A stretch of DNA of 64,000 bases from Eledone cirrhosa. Taxonomy: Eukaryota. The stretch spans positions 9,295 to 73,294 of the forward strand of contig CAXHJY010000693.1 in the NCBI GenBank assembly GCA_964016885.1, read 5' to 3'. Under the pieces are notes generated by a model. The model ran no database searches. It was not told where the DNA came from and saw nothing but the letters and a program-made list of their open reading frames with translations. The position numbers and the translations under genes were made by a program. Shown here in pieces: positions 9,496 through 19,429 of the stretch; position 1 is the first letter of the stretch, and the number at the start of each line of letters is the position of its first letter.

Positions 9496-12132
9496 TTATA
9501 TTGACAGAATCTTCCTTAGTATATGGGCAGTTCCCATTAGTACTATCTTTTGTATTTCTCCTATACGCGGGTTTCCTGGGATTTGCGATAAGTAGTCATT
9601 AGACCCCTTAGGTATCATTCCCAGAGCGCCTACAACCACTGGTATTATTTTAGTTCTCAATTTCCACATTTTTCCAATTTCTATCTCCAGGTCCTTATAC
9701 TTGCTCAATTTTTCAAATGTTTTTATAGATACATTCTTGTCTATTGGAACAGACATATCAATTAGCAGGCATACTCTCTTTTGAAAGTCTTTCAATATTA
9801 TATCAGGTCTATTTGCATCTATTTTTCGATCTGTTTGGATGCTAAAGTTCCACAAGATTGAGATGTGATCTTTTTCAAGTATGGGAGGTGGTTGATGCTC
9901 CCACCAATTCTTTTGATGGGGCAGGTCAAAATGCTTACACATTATCCAATGTATGTATTGTGCAGCTCTGTCATGCCTGTTTAGGTATTCGGTTAGAGCT
10001 ATAGGACTGCACATTGAAATTATATGGTCAATGGTCTCTGGTTGTTTTTTGCATACACGGCATAATGGGCTGCACCCATTTTTTATTATGTTGGCTTGGT
10101 AATTTTTTGTTGGCAGACACTGATCTTGTGCCGATATAATCAGTCCTTCAGTCTCCGATTTCAGTCCAGAGGATGCCAACCACTGATGGGTTAAAGTTTT
10201 GTCAACATCAGGATTGTTAGCTCGCTCTGGGTATTTTCCATACAGAGGCTTTTCTTGCCATTTCTTAGCCAGTTTCTGTAGCAGTTCTTTCTTTGCAGTT
10301 ACTTTTACCTGCTTTGCTTTTTCTGTGTTTTCCATTTCAGCAGTAAATGGGACTTCTGAAATTTGTAGTCCATTACTGTATCTTTGTGCATCTTTTGTAA
10401 TGGAATATGCTCTTTTGATGCTTTCGTGTTTCAAAACGGGTTTGATCATCCAATCATGTGATTCCCTTAGATATGTAGATAATCCAATTGTTGCAGTTTT
10501 CAACGCAATGTCTAACTGGATTAACCCACGTCCTCCTTCTTTCCTAGGGAGATATATTCTATCTATATCTGCCTTAGGGTGATGCATTCTGTGCATGGTT
10601 AAGAATTTTCGAATTTTTGTATCGAGCCTACGGATCTCTGTGCTTGACCAGTTGATGACATTGTAACTGTAGGTTACTACTGGTATGGCAAGCGTGTTTA
10701 TGGCATCGATCCTATTCCTTGCATTCAATTCCGTTCTTAAGATTGCTCTTACTCTGCGGTAACATTCCTTCCTTATCCTTTCCCTCATTGTCGAGTGCTT
10801 GATTCCGTCTCCTTCACAAACACCTAGATATTTGTAAGTTTTTTCTTGATCAAGTTCTCTTATCACGTTCCCCCGATCAAGATTAATGTCTGAACTCTTC
10901 AGCAGCTTTCCTCTGGTGAACGTTGCTTTGGCGCATTTATCTAGTCCAAACTCCATTTTAATGTCATCACTGAACTGCTTCACAGTGGATAATAGCCCTT
11001 GCAATTGTTCATCATTTTTTGCAAATAGTTTCAGGTCATCCATGTAGAACAGGTGATTAATGGTTTTGTCATAGACTTTATATCCATGTTTTGTTTCATT
11101 GAGCATTTTACTTAATGGTATAAGTGCGATGCAGAATAAAAGCGGTGATAAAGAGTCACCCTGAAAAATTCCACAATTAATATTAACTTCTCCAGCTTCC
11201 AGTGATTTTGTTTCACTATTCAAAAGGAGTGTCGTTTTCCACGTCTTCATAGTGAATGACAAAAACCTCCTGACAACGGGGGATATTTTGAAAATCTCTA
11301 AACATTTTTCAATCCAACTGTGTGGCAAACTATCGAATGCTTTTTTATAATCTATCCAAGCAATCGATAGATTTTTGTGTCTATTATGACAATCTTCCAG
11401 TATCATTTTGTTAACCAGAATCTGATCCTTACAGCCATATGAGCCTCGTTTACACCCTTTCTGCTCAATGGGAAATAGGTCATTTGTTATCAGGTGGTCA
11501 TATGTGTATTCAGTTAGGACTGATGTTAAAATTTTATACATTGTGGTCAAGCAAGTTATCGGTCTGTAATTTCTGGGATTGTTTGTCTCATCATTCTTCG
11601 GAAGCAGGAATGTAATGCCGTTAACTAGCCATGATGGTATCTTTTCTGGCTCCTTAACTATTTCATTGTAAAGTTGGGCTAACAGCTCATGAGACTCTGT
11701 GAAGGCATTTATCCAAAAGTTTTGTATTTTGTCTTTTCCTGGGGATTTCCATTTGCTGGTTTTTCTTAGAGCCAAGCGCAACTGTTCAACTGTTATATTT
11801 TCCCATGTTTGTTCCTCAAGGTGAGCTATATCTTTCATTTGTCTGTCTATCCATGGGGCATGTATGTTATGAACTTTTTCTTCGGCCCAGATCTTTTCCC
11901 AGAATTCTTGCACTTCCTCCTTGGGTGGTGTTGATTTAACAGTTATTGTTGACTTACCAATTTTTCTGTAGAAGTTTCTTTGGTTGTTTTTGAACATATT
12001 ATTGTCCTTATAGAATCTAGATCGTTTTTCAAAGCGCCTTATACGAGCAGCTTTGGCCGACACTTTTTGCTTGATTATTTCTATCAGCATGTCTATGTCA
12101 CATGTTGATTTTATACTGTACTTTTTTTTCAA
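9496..12132 (-). CDS. RT and RLE domains of the R4/Dong-like ORF
   Basis: KSPGKD, NYRPITCL, IDYKKAFDS, GIFQGDSLSP, YMDD, RKEGGRGL, CRVC..ETIDHIISMC, RHD, RPDII, IPVVVGALG. Confidence 0.93.
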   Translation of the reverse strand: MKKKYSIKSTCDIDMLIEIIKQKVSAKAARIRRFEKRSRFYKDNNMFKNNQRNFYRKIGKSTITVKSTPPKEEVQEFWEKIWAEEKVHNIHAPWIDRQMKDIAHLEEQTWENITVEQLRLALRKTSKWKSPGKDKIQNFWINAFTESHELLAQLYNEIVKEPEKIPSWLVNGITFLLPKNDETNNPRNYRPITCLTTMYKILTSVLTEYTYDHLITNDLFPIEQKGCKRGSYGCKDQILVNKMILEDCHNRHKNLSIAWIDYKKAFDSLPHSWIEKCLEIFKISPVVRRFLSFTMKTWKTTLLLNSETKSLEAGEVNINCGIFQGDSLSPLLFCIALIPLSKMLNETKHGYKVYDKTINHLFYMDDLKLFAKNDEQLQGLLSTVKQFSDDIKMEFGLDKCAKATFTRGKLLKSSDINLDRGNVIRELDQEKTYKYLGVCEGDGIKHSTMRERIRKECYRRVRAILRTELNARNRIDAINTLAIPVVTYSYNVINWSSTEIRRLDTKIRKFLTMHRMHHPKADIDRIYLPRKEGGRGLIQLDIALKTATIGLSTYLRESHDWMIKPVLKHESIKRAYSITKDAQRYSNGLQISEVPFTAEMENTEKAKQVKVTAKKELLQKLAKKWQEKPLYGKYPERANNPDVDKTLTHQWLASSGLKSETEGLIISAQDQCLPTKNYQANIIKNGCSPLCRVCKKQPETIDHIISMCSPIALTEYLNRHDRAAQYIHWIMCKHFDLPHQKNWWEHQPPPILEKDHISILWNFSIQTDRKIDANRPDIILKDFQKRVCLLIDMSVPIDKNVSIKTFEKLSKYKDLEIEIGKMWKLRTKIIPVVVGALGMIPKGSNDYLSQIPGNPRIGEIQKIVLMGTAHILRKILSI

Positions 12133-13148
12133 TTTTCTATAAGTTTAGTTTGTTTAACATGTTCACCTACTTTATAGTTTGTTAAAATTTCTATGTCAGA
12201 TCGGAGAAGGTTTATTTGGCGATTGATGTTCTCTTGCCAAGTAGATTTCTTGTGGGAATTCCTTTGTTTTTTCATCTTCACTCCACATAAGTGAGTGGTG
12301 ACTTTAGCCGATGCATAATAGGGATGATTTAAATCAGTAATGTTTAGTTTGTTTGTGATGATAATGTTTTTGAGAATTATGTTAGTCTTGTGTATTATCT
12401 TTTGGTTCTGTTTGGAGTTCTGGATCTTAGGGAGGGTGTCTCGTTGCCCCATGTCAGATTCTTTCATTTTCATCCATTCGATCATAATTTCATCCTTCAA
12501 GTTGGCAAGTTCATTCTCATTCATTTCTTTATCATTTACGATCTCATTATTTTCATTTGGAGTTTCATCCTGAGCATGCACTCCCTCCACTTTTTCGATC
12601 CTTTCTTTAATTTGTTCTGTTGCCAGTGATTCCGCCCCAACCATGGGGTTCGAAGTGTTACAGTTTACCTCGTTTTCACTGACACATGTTTCATTTTCCC
12701 TTCGCTGACTTTGTGCTAATAGCTTGATCTGATCAATTTCTATATCAGTTAGTAACTTTTTTCTTACAATATTTCTTCGTATATTGGCTAGTTTGTTACT
12801 GTCAATATAGCCTCTGTTTTCGGGATGTTTCTTTTTCCAGTTGATATATGTCTGTTCTGTATTCGATGTATTTGATGGGTAGTACATGGCAGTGTAGAAA
12901 GCCTCAAGGACTTCTTTATTATCTTCCCTTGACCATTTTTCTCTCTTTTTCTTTGGATTTCTTGGTGGTGAGCATAGAGGGCCAACAGTAGGAGTATTCC
13001 GGTTATGGGAGGTTTCCAGCTCCGAAGTGATGGGAAGGTTTGAACCATTAGCTGATTTTTCGACCCCAGTCTGGTTCCTCTCTGAGGGACGCGGCCCTTT
13101 TTTACCCGAGTGACGGCCGATCCGGTATGAGATTTTATCATTAGACAT
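12129..13148 (-). CDS. N-terminal part of the same R4/Dong ORF (joined by a 1-nt frameshift near 12135)
   Basis: REKWSREDNKEVLEAFY and KLANIRRNIVRKKLLTDIEI are typical Dong N-terminal blocks. Overlaps the RT ORF start. Confidence 0.85.
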   Translation of the reverse strand: MSNDKISYRIGRHSGKKGPRPSERNQTGVEKSANGSNLPITSELETSHNRNTPTVGPLCSPPRNPKKKREKWSREDNKEVLEAFYTAMYYPSNTSNTEQTYINWKKKHPENRGYIDSNKLANIRRNIVRKKLLTDIEIDQIKLLAQSQRRENETCVSENEVNCNTSNPMVGAESLATEQIKERIEKVEGVHAQDETPNENNEIVNDKEMNENELANLKDEIMIEWMKMKESDMGQRDTLPKIQNSKQNQKIIHKTNIILKNIIITNKLNITDLNHPYYASAKVTTHLCGVKMKKQRNSHKKSTWQENINRQINLLRSDIEILTNYKVGEHVKQTKLIEN

Positions 13149-14569
13149 TTACTTTATTTTGTCGCGTTTTATCCTTATCCGCCAAGGGGTAATCATTTCG
13201 TGTTACCACTTCTAGAACGAGTGTCAACCAAGACTAGAGGGGTCGTTCTCCCCTAGAGACACGGCTATTCCCCGCCGGCCCCCATCCCGGTATTTCTTGG
13301 TCACGGGGTTTTCTTTTTGTTGTTTTTTTAAATTGTTATTATCATGAGTGGTTCCTTAATGTGAGCATTGCGTGGCTTAAGAATGAAATTATTAATAATT
13401 GTCTCCACTCCAGGCACAAGGCCAGCAATCACCCAGTGCATTACAATAATATAATATACTTTTTGTTGTAGTTGGCTGTTATTGTTGTTGGCTATGTCGG
13501 TGGTGGTGCCGGGGCTTTTTATATTGTTGGTGAGGAAGGGGTGAGCCAGCAGTCCCATAGTTGTTGATGTTGACGTTTGGCCGGTGGCCAGGTCACTAAG
13601 TCAATCTATTTATATCTTTTGCTAGCCTCTCCCTTGTCTAGTGATACTGCCACCTTCCCCTTTCTCTCTCAAGTTAACAGGGGAATAGTGGTGGTAGCAT
13701 TGAAGGAGTGGTGGCGGCGACGATGGGATAGTGGTAGCAATGATGGATGGGGTGGGGTGGTGGCAGCGGTGGCGTTGTGGTTACTGATATGTAGTATCTA
13801 TGAGTTTGTGTTCGTATGTTTAATATATATTTTTATTATATTTTGTGTTGACATATTCCCGTAAAATTGGAATTAAACATTTTTTTAAAATTTGAGACAA
13901 TAAAAATAGTAATTATTATTATGATGCTGGTGAAATTGCCGTTATCTGGCTGTTATATTTAGTGTGATGGGATAGGTGGTGTATCAAGTTTCTGGTGTTG
14001 GTGAAATTGCTGTTATTTGGCTGTTCTATATAGTGTAGACAGAGGGTGTTTTTTTCCCATTTATAACCATTTTCTTTTTTGAATACAAAATATATAATAC
14101 AAAATTGAATATTTGAGCGATATAACAATATAATATGGATCCGAAACTTTATGGGACCTAAGAATTGTTATTTCACAATTGATTTAAATATGTTAAAAAT
14201 CAAAAACTTACGGGACCGATTTCATGACCTTCTACCACCTCGTGCGTCTTCTTCCCTTCTATTATTATTATTATTATCATTATTATTATTATTATTATTA
14301 TTATTACAATAAAATATTAAATAATAAATCACATCCTTCCAACACTGAGCGTTATAATAATAGCAGTAGTACTCCCGACGTCATTGTTAACTCTAGGCTA
14401 GATTCTGTAAACTTAAATACGACGTCAAACGTATCTTCGTTGAATGTTCATAATACCAATCTAAATCAGGAAACTATTATTCCTATCGTAAGTAACATCT
14501 CCAATCCAATTCCTTCTATAAATAACACTAGGTCACTTGTTAATAACTCTGTTAATTTCTCTAATCGTA

Positions 14570-14996
14570 ATTGTAATTGCCCTGTTAGAACTAAATGTCC
14601 TCTTAATAACCATTGTCTTGATAAAAACTTAGTCTATGAATGTAAGGTTATAACTGATACCAATTCCTTGACCTATTTCGGTTCCACCTCCACTTACTTC
14701 AAAGCAAATTTTATAATCACAATTCGTTTAGATACCATCTTAAAAGAACTAACACGGCACTCTCGGAACTCATATGGTCCTTGAAAGACAAAAATATTAA
14801 CTATAACATCTCTTGGAGGAAGGTTTGTTCTGCCTTTCCTTACCTGAATTGTTCCTTATCCAGAACATGTAATCTCTGCCTAGCCGAGAAATTTACCATT
14901 ATATCTAATTTCAATTCTATAATAAATAGACGCACGGATTTATTTTCTCTCTGCTTGCATAAATTCCACAGAACATTCCATAAAGTATACAGTTAA
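14570..14996 (+). pseudogene. PLE GIY-YIG endonuclease with Cys-rich linker
   Basis: CNCPVRTKCPLNNHCLDKNLVYECKV..YFGSTSTYFK; after a frameshift LKDKNINYNISW..CNLCLAEKFTII..INRRTD..CLH. Confidence 0.85.
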
Positions 14997-16151
14997 TATC
15001 TAATACCTTACTAGTTTAAAATCCTTTTCTCAAAGTCTTATATATCTTTTACAAATATACCCATCTTTCTACTTTATTTCAATATTATTTATTATATATT
15101 ATATAATACAATTTACTCATTCTATATCATTCCTCTTTATCATTTTCCTTTCTTCCTTTTTTCTTTTTAATTTCTAACCTCTAATCTGTACTTTTTCTTC
15201 CCAACTACTTCTCAATTCTTATTGTTACTCACCACAACATTATCCTTTATCCATCTTTCCTCATATCATTGGCCATAAAAATTTTTTTAAATACATTATA
15301 GTATTACCATTAGAAGTCCTTCGTAAGCATATAATTTTTTGACGTTAGATTTTCTTCCTTAAATTTTTCTTATCTCCTCCATCCTTTCATGCTCGTTTTA
15401 AACTACTACTTAATTTGACTTTTACACATTACAATACATAAAAAGAAACTTAAACCCTAACTAATTTCTTTTAATATATTATATTATTACCATTAGAAAA
15501 TATTTCGTAAACATATATACTTTTTGACGTTAGATATTTTCTTCCTTAAACATTCTTTTCTTCTTTCCTTCCGCGCTCATTTTAAACAAACTATTTACGT
15601 ACGCATATTACATTACATAAAAACAAACTTAAACCCTAACTAATTCCTCTAAATTCATAACTCATTCATTCTTCTCCTTCTTTCCACATTATATCCTTAA
15701 TAACATTAATATTTTTATTTTAATAATACATATTAATAAATTCTTTTCCTCGCACATATTATTAAACCCTTCAATATACAAACCTTAATTTAATACTATT
15801 CTTAATTCCCTTTTCTTCATGCATAAACCTCATTAACTTTTAATTTCAAAATCTTTTAAATTATCTATTATCTTCCAACGGCTTTTTAATTTCTCTCTGT
15901 GAGACAATATATATTTTTTCTCAGTTGTAAAGGCTATCTCTCTCTCTCTCTATCACCCATCTCTCCCCCTCTCTCATCCTTCCTTCTTATACTCCTCCCC
16001 CCCACCATCCTTTACTCTCATCTCTTCTTCTTCCTTACCCTCCCCCCTCACTTTTTCCCAATCTCATACATCAATCTTAATTTATTTTTCATATGTTGAT
16101 TTAAAACTTCACTATTCACAAGTGTTTTTTAAGCTTCATATCATGTCTCCC

Positions 16152-16222
16152 TATTTTATCTGATGAGAACGCAGATATCATACCATGATGATATTTGTTT
16201 TTGAAATGCGCATAATAAAATA
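16152..16222 (+). ncRNA. Minimal type I hammerhead ribozyme (PLE type)
   Basis: Stem I TATTTTAT/ATAAAATA, CTGATGA, stem II GCAGATATCAT/ATGATATTTGT, GAAA, palindromic ATGCGCAT stem III, cleavage triplet AUA. Confidence 0.85.
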
Positions 16223-16309
16223 CTTGGAACTCTTTTAACCATCTTTTAATCTTATATTTTATATATATATATATATTATATATATACAAATATATATATA
16301 TATATATAT

Positions 16310-16800
16310 TGATATATTGTTATACTTGGGGAAGGTCATATTGTTGTAATATTGCCAGAAATACTGCTTTCTTTATTCAATGATAATGCTTTCTTTATTG
16401 TTATTGCCAGAAATAATAACAGAACACACTCACCGTTTGGTTGGTTTTCGCTTCTGTATCTTTTATATCTCCATAGTTAATTTATTTGGCAATCAATGTT
16501 TATCATTGACTAACCAGCGGTTAAAAATACAGATATAAATATATATATATATATATATAGTCTATCAAAGTTCTTTCGTTGCACATCCGCAACATCATCA
16601 GTGGTACTATTATGTTTCTCCTGTTGTCCATGCCATTTTTAACCGCTGATCAGTCAATGATAAACATTGATGGCCAAATGAATTAACTATGGAGATATAA
16701 AAGATACAGAAGCGAAAAACCAACCAAGCAGTGAGTGTGTTCTGTTATTATTTCCGGCAATATTACAACAATATGACCCTCCCCAAGTATAACAATATTT
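16310..16800. mobile_element. Foldback element (arms 16310-16530 and 16635-16800) with central minus-strand HHR-like motif
   Basis: The arms are reverse complements. Same family as 49190-50140. Confidence 0.75.
16563..16606 (-). ncRNA. Minimal type I hammerhead-like motif
   Basis: TACCA CTGATGA t GTTGC ggatgt GCAAC GAAA gaac TT TGATA. Stem III is very weak. Confidence 0.5.
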
Positions 16801-17190
16801 GTTTCGACACACGATTTCATATCAAAAACCTTGCAAAACATACATATATATATGGGATAACAAATTATCGTTATAGGTAATCCAGTTAGAGGTTGTGAAT
16901 ACTCCGCATTGTGGATAGTTTTAATGTACGGCGTTGTTTGACTCAACAAGAGGTTTCCTTAGTTAGGTAGCGAGTTCTCGGGAATTCCTATGCAGGTTAA
17001 TCTTAATTTGATTAGGCACACATTGTATTTAAGATTGAGTGACACAATTTCAAGTGATTAGCAATTTTTAGACAACTTAATCAATGAAACAATTGTTAAT
17101 ACTGTAAATAAAACCCTTTTTGTGGTGTTGACCATGTTATTCTTCACTCTTTCAGTATATATATATATGTATATGTATGTATATATATAT

Positions 17191-17268
<78 letters not shown>

Positions 17269-17269
17269 T

Positions 17270-17470
17270 GTGGTTACCTCCGATTCAACCCGGAATAACG
17301 TATATATATATATATATATAACGAAGGAAATGTGGTAAGCAACCAGGTGTACCATAAGGCACCAGAGTACTCGATACTTTGGGTAGTAGAGTGGGTAATA
17401 GGAAAATGTTCAGGGCCCGACGCGTCGAAACAGCTTGAGCTCTGCCGTCGGGGTCCTGAACATTTTCCTA
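17270..17470 (+). mobile_element. PLE-type terminal remnant with inverted arm and 3' half of a hammerhead
   Basis: taggaaaatgttcagggcccgacg and cgtcggggtcctgaacattttccta form an inversion around GAAA-CAGC..GCCG-TC. Homologue of 6880-7040. Confidence 0.6.
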
Positions 17471-17483
17471 TATATATATATAT

Positions 17484-17875
17484 GAAATAAGATTTCGCTT
17501 CAAGCATAGCTTTATACAATATGTATAGAAATTTCGTATTTCTAAAGAAATACATATTGTATAAAGCTATGCTTGAAGCGAAATCTTATTTCTTTTCTAT
17601 CATAAGTTGAGCCAACTTATGCAGCTTCATATGCAAATGAGATTAATCACCTCATTTACACAGACGAGAAAACTATATATTCTCGGCTGTCTTCTAGTCC
17701 AGCAGTCGCAAGTGTGGGAGGGATCGTCCTGACGAAGGCCAGTCAAGCCTGAAATGCATAGACGGTTGTCCCCCTTGCTTCTGCTGGACACCACCAGAGG
17801 GCGTTAGCCCCACGGTGCTTACATGGCTACGGCTTCCTAAAACCGTATTTCTTTAGAAATACGAAATTTCTATGC
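17484..17875 (+). mobile_element. Short HHR-containing element with nested inverted repeats
   Basis: Palindrome at 17484-17592; its core 17526-17552 is the reverse complement of 17845-17872. HHR at 17723. Confidence 0.6.
17723..17766 (+). ncRNA. Type I hammerhead ribozyme
   Basis: ATCGTC CTGACGA AGGC cagtcaa GCCT GAAA TGC ATA GACGGT: intact core, stems I and II, palindromic ATGCAT stem III. Confidence 0.85.
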
Positions 17876-17904
17876 ATATATATATATATGTTTTAATATA
17901 GAAA

Positions 17905-17955
17905 AGCTTCTTCAGGACTAGAACTGTTTCATTCGTGAGAAATCATCAGGAAGCT
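17905..17955 (-). ncRNA. Type I hammerhead (U10.1.U11.1 family), cleavage-site U mutated
   Basis: AGCTTC CTGATGA TTTC tcac GAAT GAAA CAG ttctagtc CTG AA GAAGCT. The adjacent body from 17960 is homologous to 46770-46880. Confidence 0.65.
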
Positions 17956-18867
17956 GACTGTCCAAGTAAATGTGGTGGTATTTATATCTTTTCTGGTGGT
18001 AGGGTGGGTCGGGATTGAGATGGGTGGAGGTCATTGGTTGATGGATTTAAAGAAAAGGGAATTCATTAAAAACTAATTCTTTAAAGGTATAATTTATATT
18101 AAGAATGACAAAGGCAGAAAGAATACTGTAAACAGGTTCAAATTGGATACCAATCCTTGGTTATCACTTAAACTAAGCATGCCTGTAAGTCAGGTGTATA
18201 CTTATAAACTTAGGAAAATTAACGAAGAGAGGAAAAGACAACGAAAGAAAACGTTTGTTAGGTAGTTGTATATAAAATATGCTCTAAATATAGATAGGAA
18301 ATAACGTATATATTTTGATATTATGTACAGGGAATATCTGAAGTATGGACTTCATTTACTATAAATAGCCATGTTGATAATTGTGTCCTTCAAAGATAAT
18401 GACTAGGGAATATATATATATATACATACATGCATACACATACAAACACATACACACACATATATATATATATTATGTATATATATATATATATATATAT
18501 ACTCACACATACATGTAATCTAAATTTATATTTTATAGATATCATACTGCAATCTTTCTGGGACAGAAAGTGTGTGTAGGGTCGAAGCTTGTTAAAGATA
18601 AAAGTTACCTTTTCTTGTTCGATATTTATATAAAGGCTTTTGAAAATTTATTTTTAGTTTAAGGTCCACAATATTGCTCTCACGCTTGTGTCTCTCTTAA
18701 GAGTTACAAGATAAGGTCTAAAAATGGATAACTTGTAAGCTTATTTGTTGTTAAATGCAGGTTTAAGTGTTATTATGACAAAGCTAGAATAATTGCTCTT
18801 AATTTAAGTTCAAATCCTCTGCTGGCCTTTATGTTTGTGACCTTCTTCTTATTCTTCTTTTTATTCG

Positions 18868-19105
18868 GGGATTTTTCATGAAGGTTGCTTTTCCTCCTTG
18901 CTGTTATTTCTTCCTTGGACATCCCTTGGTCTATTGTCTTCTCCTTCAGTACAACTTTGAGCATTGGCTCCCTACTCACAGACACATTTGTGTAGACTGC
19001 TTTTCTCCATCTGAACACAGTCCTCTATGCTGATAAGACCCCTTCCACCTTCAGATCTCTTTAAGTAGAGTCTATCAACATCACTCCTCTTGTGGAACAT
19101 TATCA
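18868..19105 (-). pseudogene. R4/Dong-like RT-thumb fragment
   Basis: Minus strand reads MFHKRSDVDRLYLKRSEGGRGLISIEDCV. Confidence 0.8.
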
Positions 19106-19111
19106 TTATTG

Positions 19112-19425
19112 AATTGGCAGTATCGGTAGAGGGTCGGACGCCATGCTTTGCAGCATAGAGTTACGGCCCTTTATGGTCTGAGTTCAAATCCCGCCGAGGT
19201 TAACTTTGCCTTTCATCCTTACGGGATCGATAAAAAAAGTACCAGTCACGCACTGAGGTCGACTTAATCGACTTTCCCCTCCTCCAAAATTGCTGGCCTT
19301 GTGCCTATAAAAGAAACCATTATTATTACTGCCTTTCATCCTTACGGGCTCGATAAAATAAAGTACCAGTAATGCACTGGGTAATTGCTGGCCTTGTGCA
19401 TAAAGTAGAAACAATTATTATTATT
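19112..19425 (+). mobile_element. tRNA-derived SINE family A (Meta-domain-like core), one full and one partial tandem copy
   Basis: Box A tggcagtatcggtaga, box B gagttcaaatcc, core gccgaggttaactttgcctttcatcc..gtcgataaaataaagtaccag, (ATT)n tail. Confidence 0.9.
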
Positions 19426-19429
19426 ATGA

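Larger units (their letters stand above)
9351..13320 (-). mobile_element. R4/Dong-clade non-LTR retrotransposon (RT + restriction-like endonuclease), near intact, ending in (TAA)n
   Basis: One long ORF broken by a single frameshift. The 3' UTR runs into (TAA)n at 9310-9350, and the 5' leader is structured. Confidence 0.92.
14310..16260 (+). mobile_element. 5'-truncated Penelope-like element: GIY-YIG remnant, long AT-rich 3' region, terminal hammerhead
   Basis: Coding remnant at 14570-14996, HHR at 16152-16222, AATAAA, and an end in (TA)n. Confidence 0.8.
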
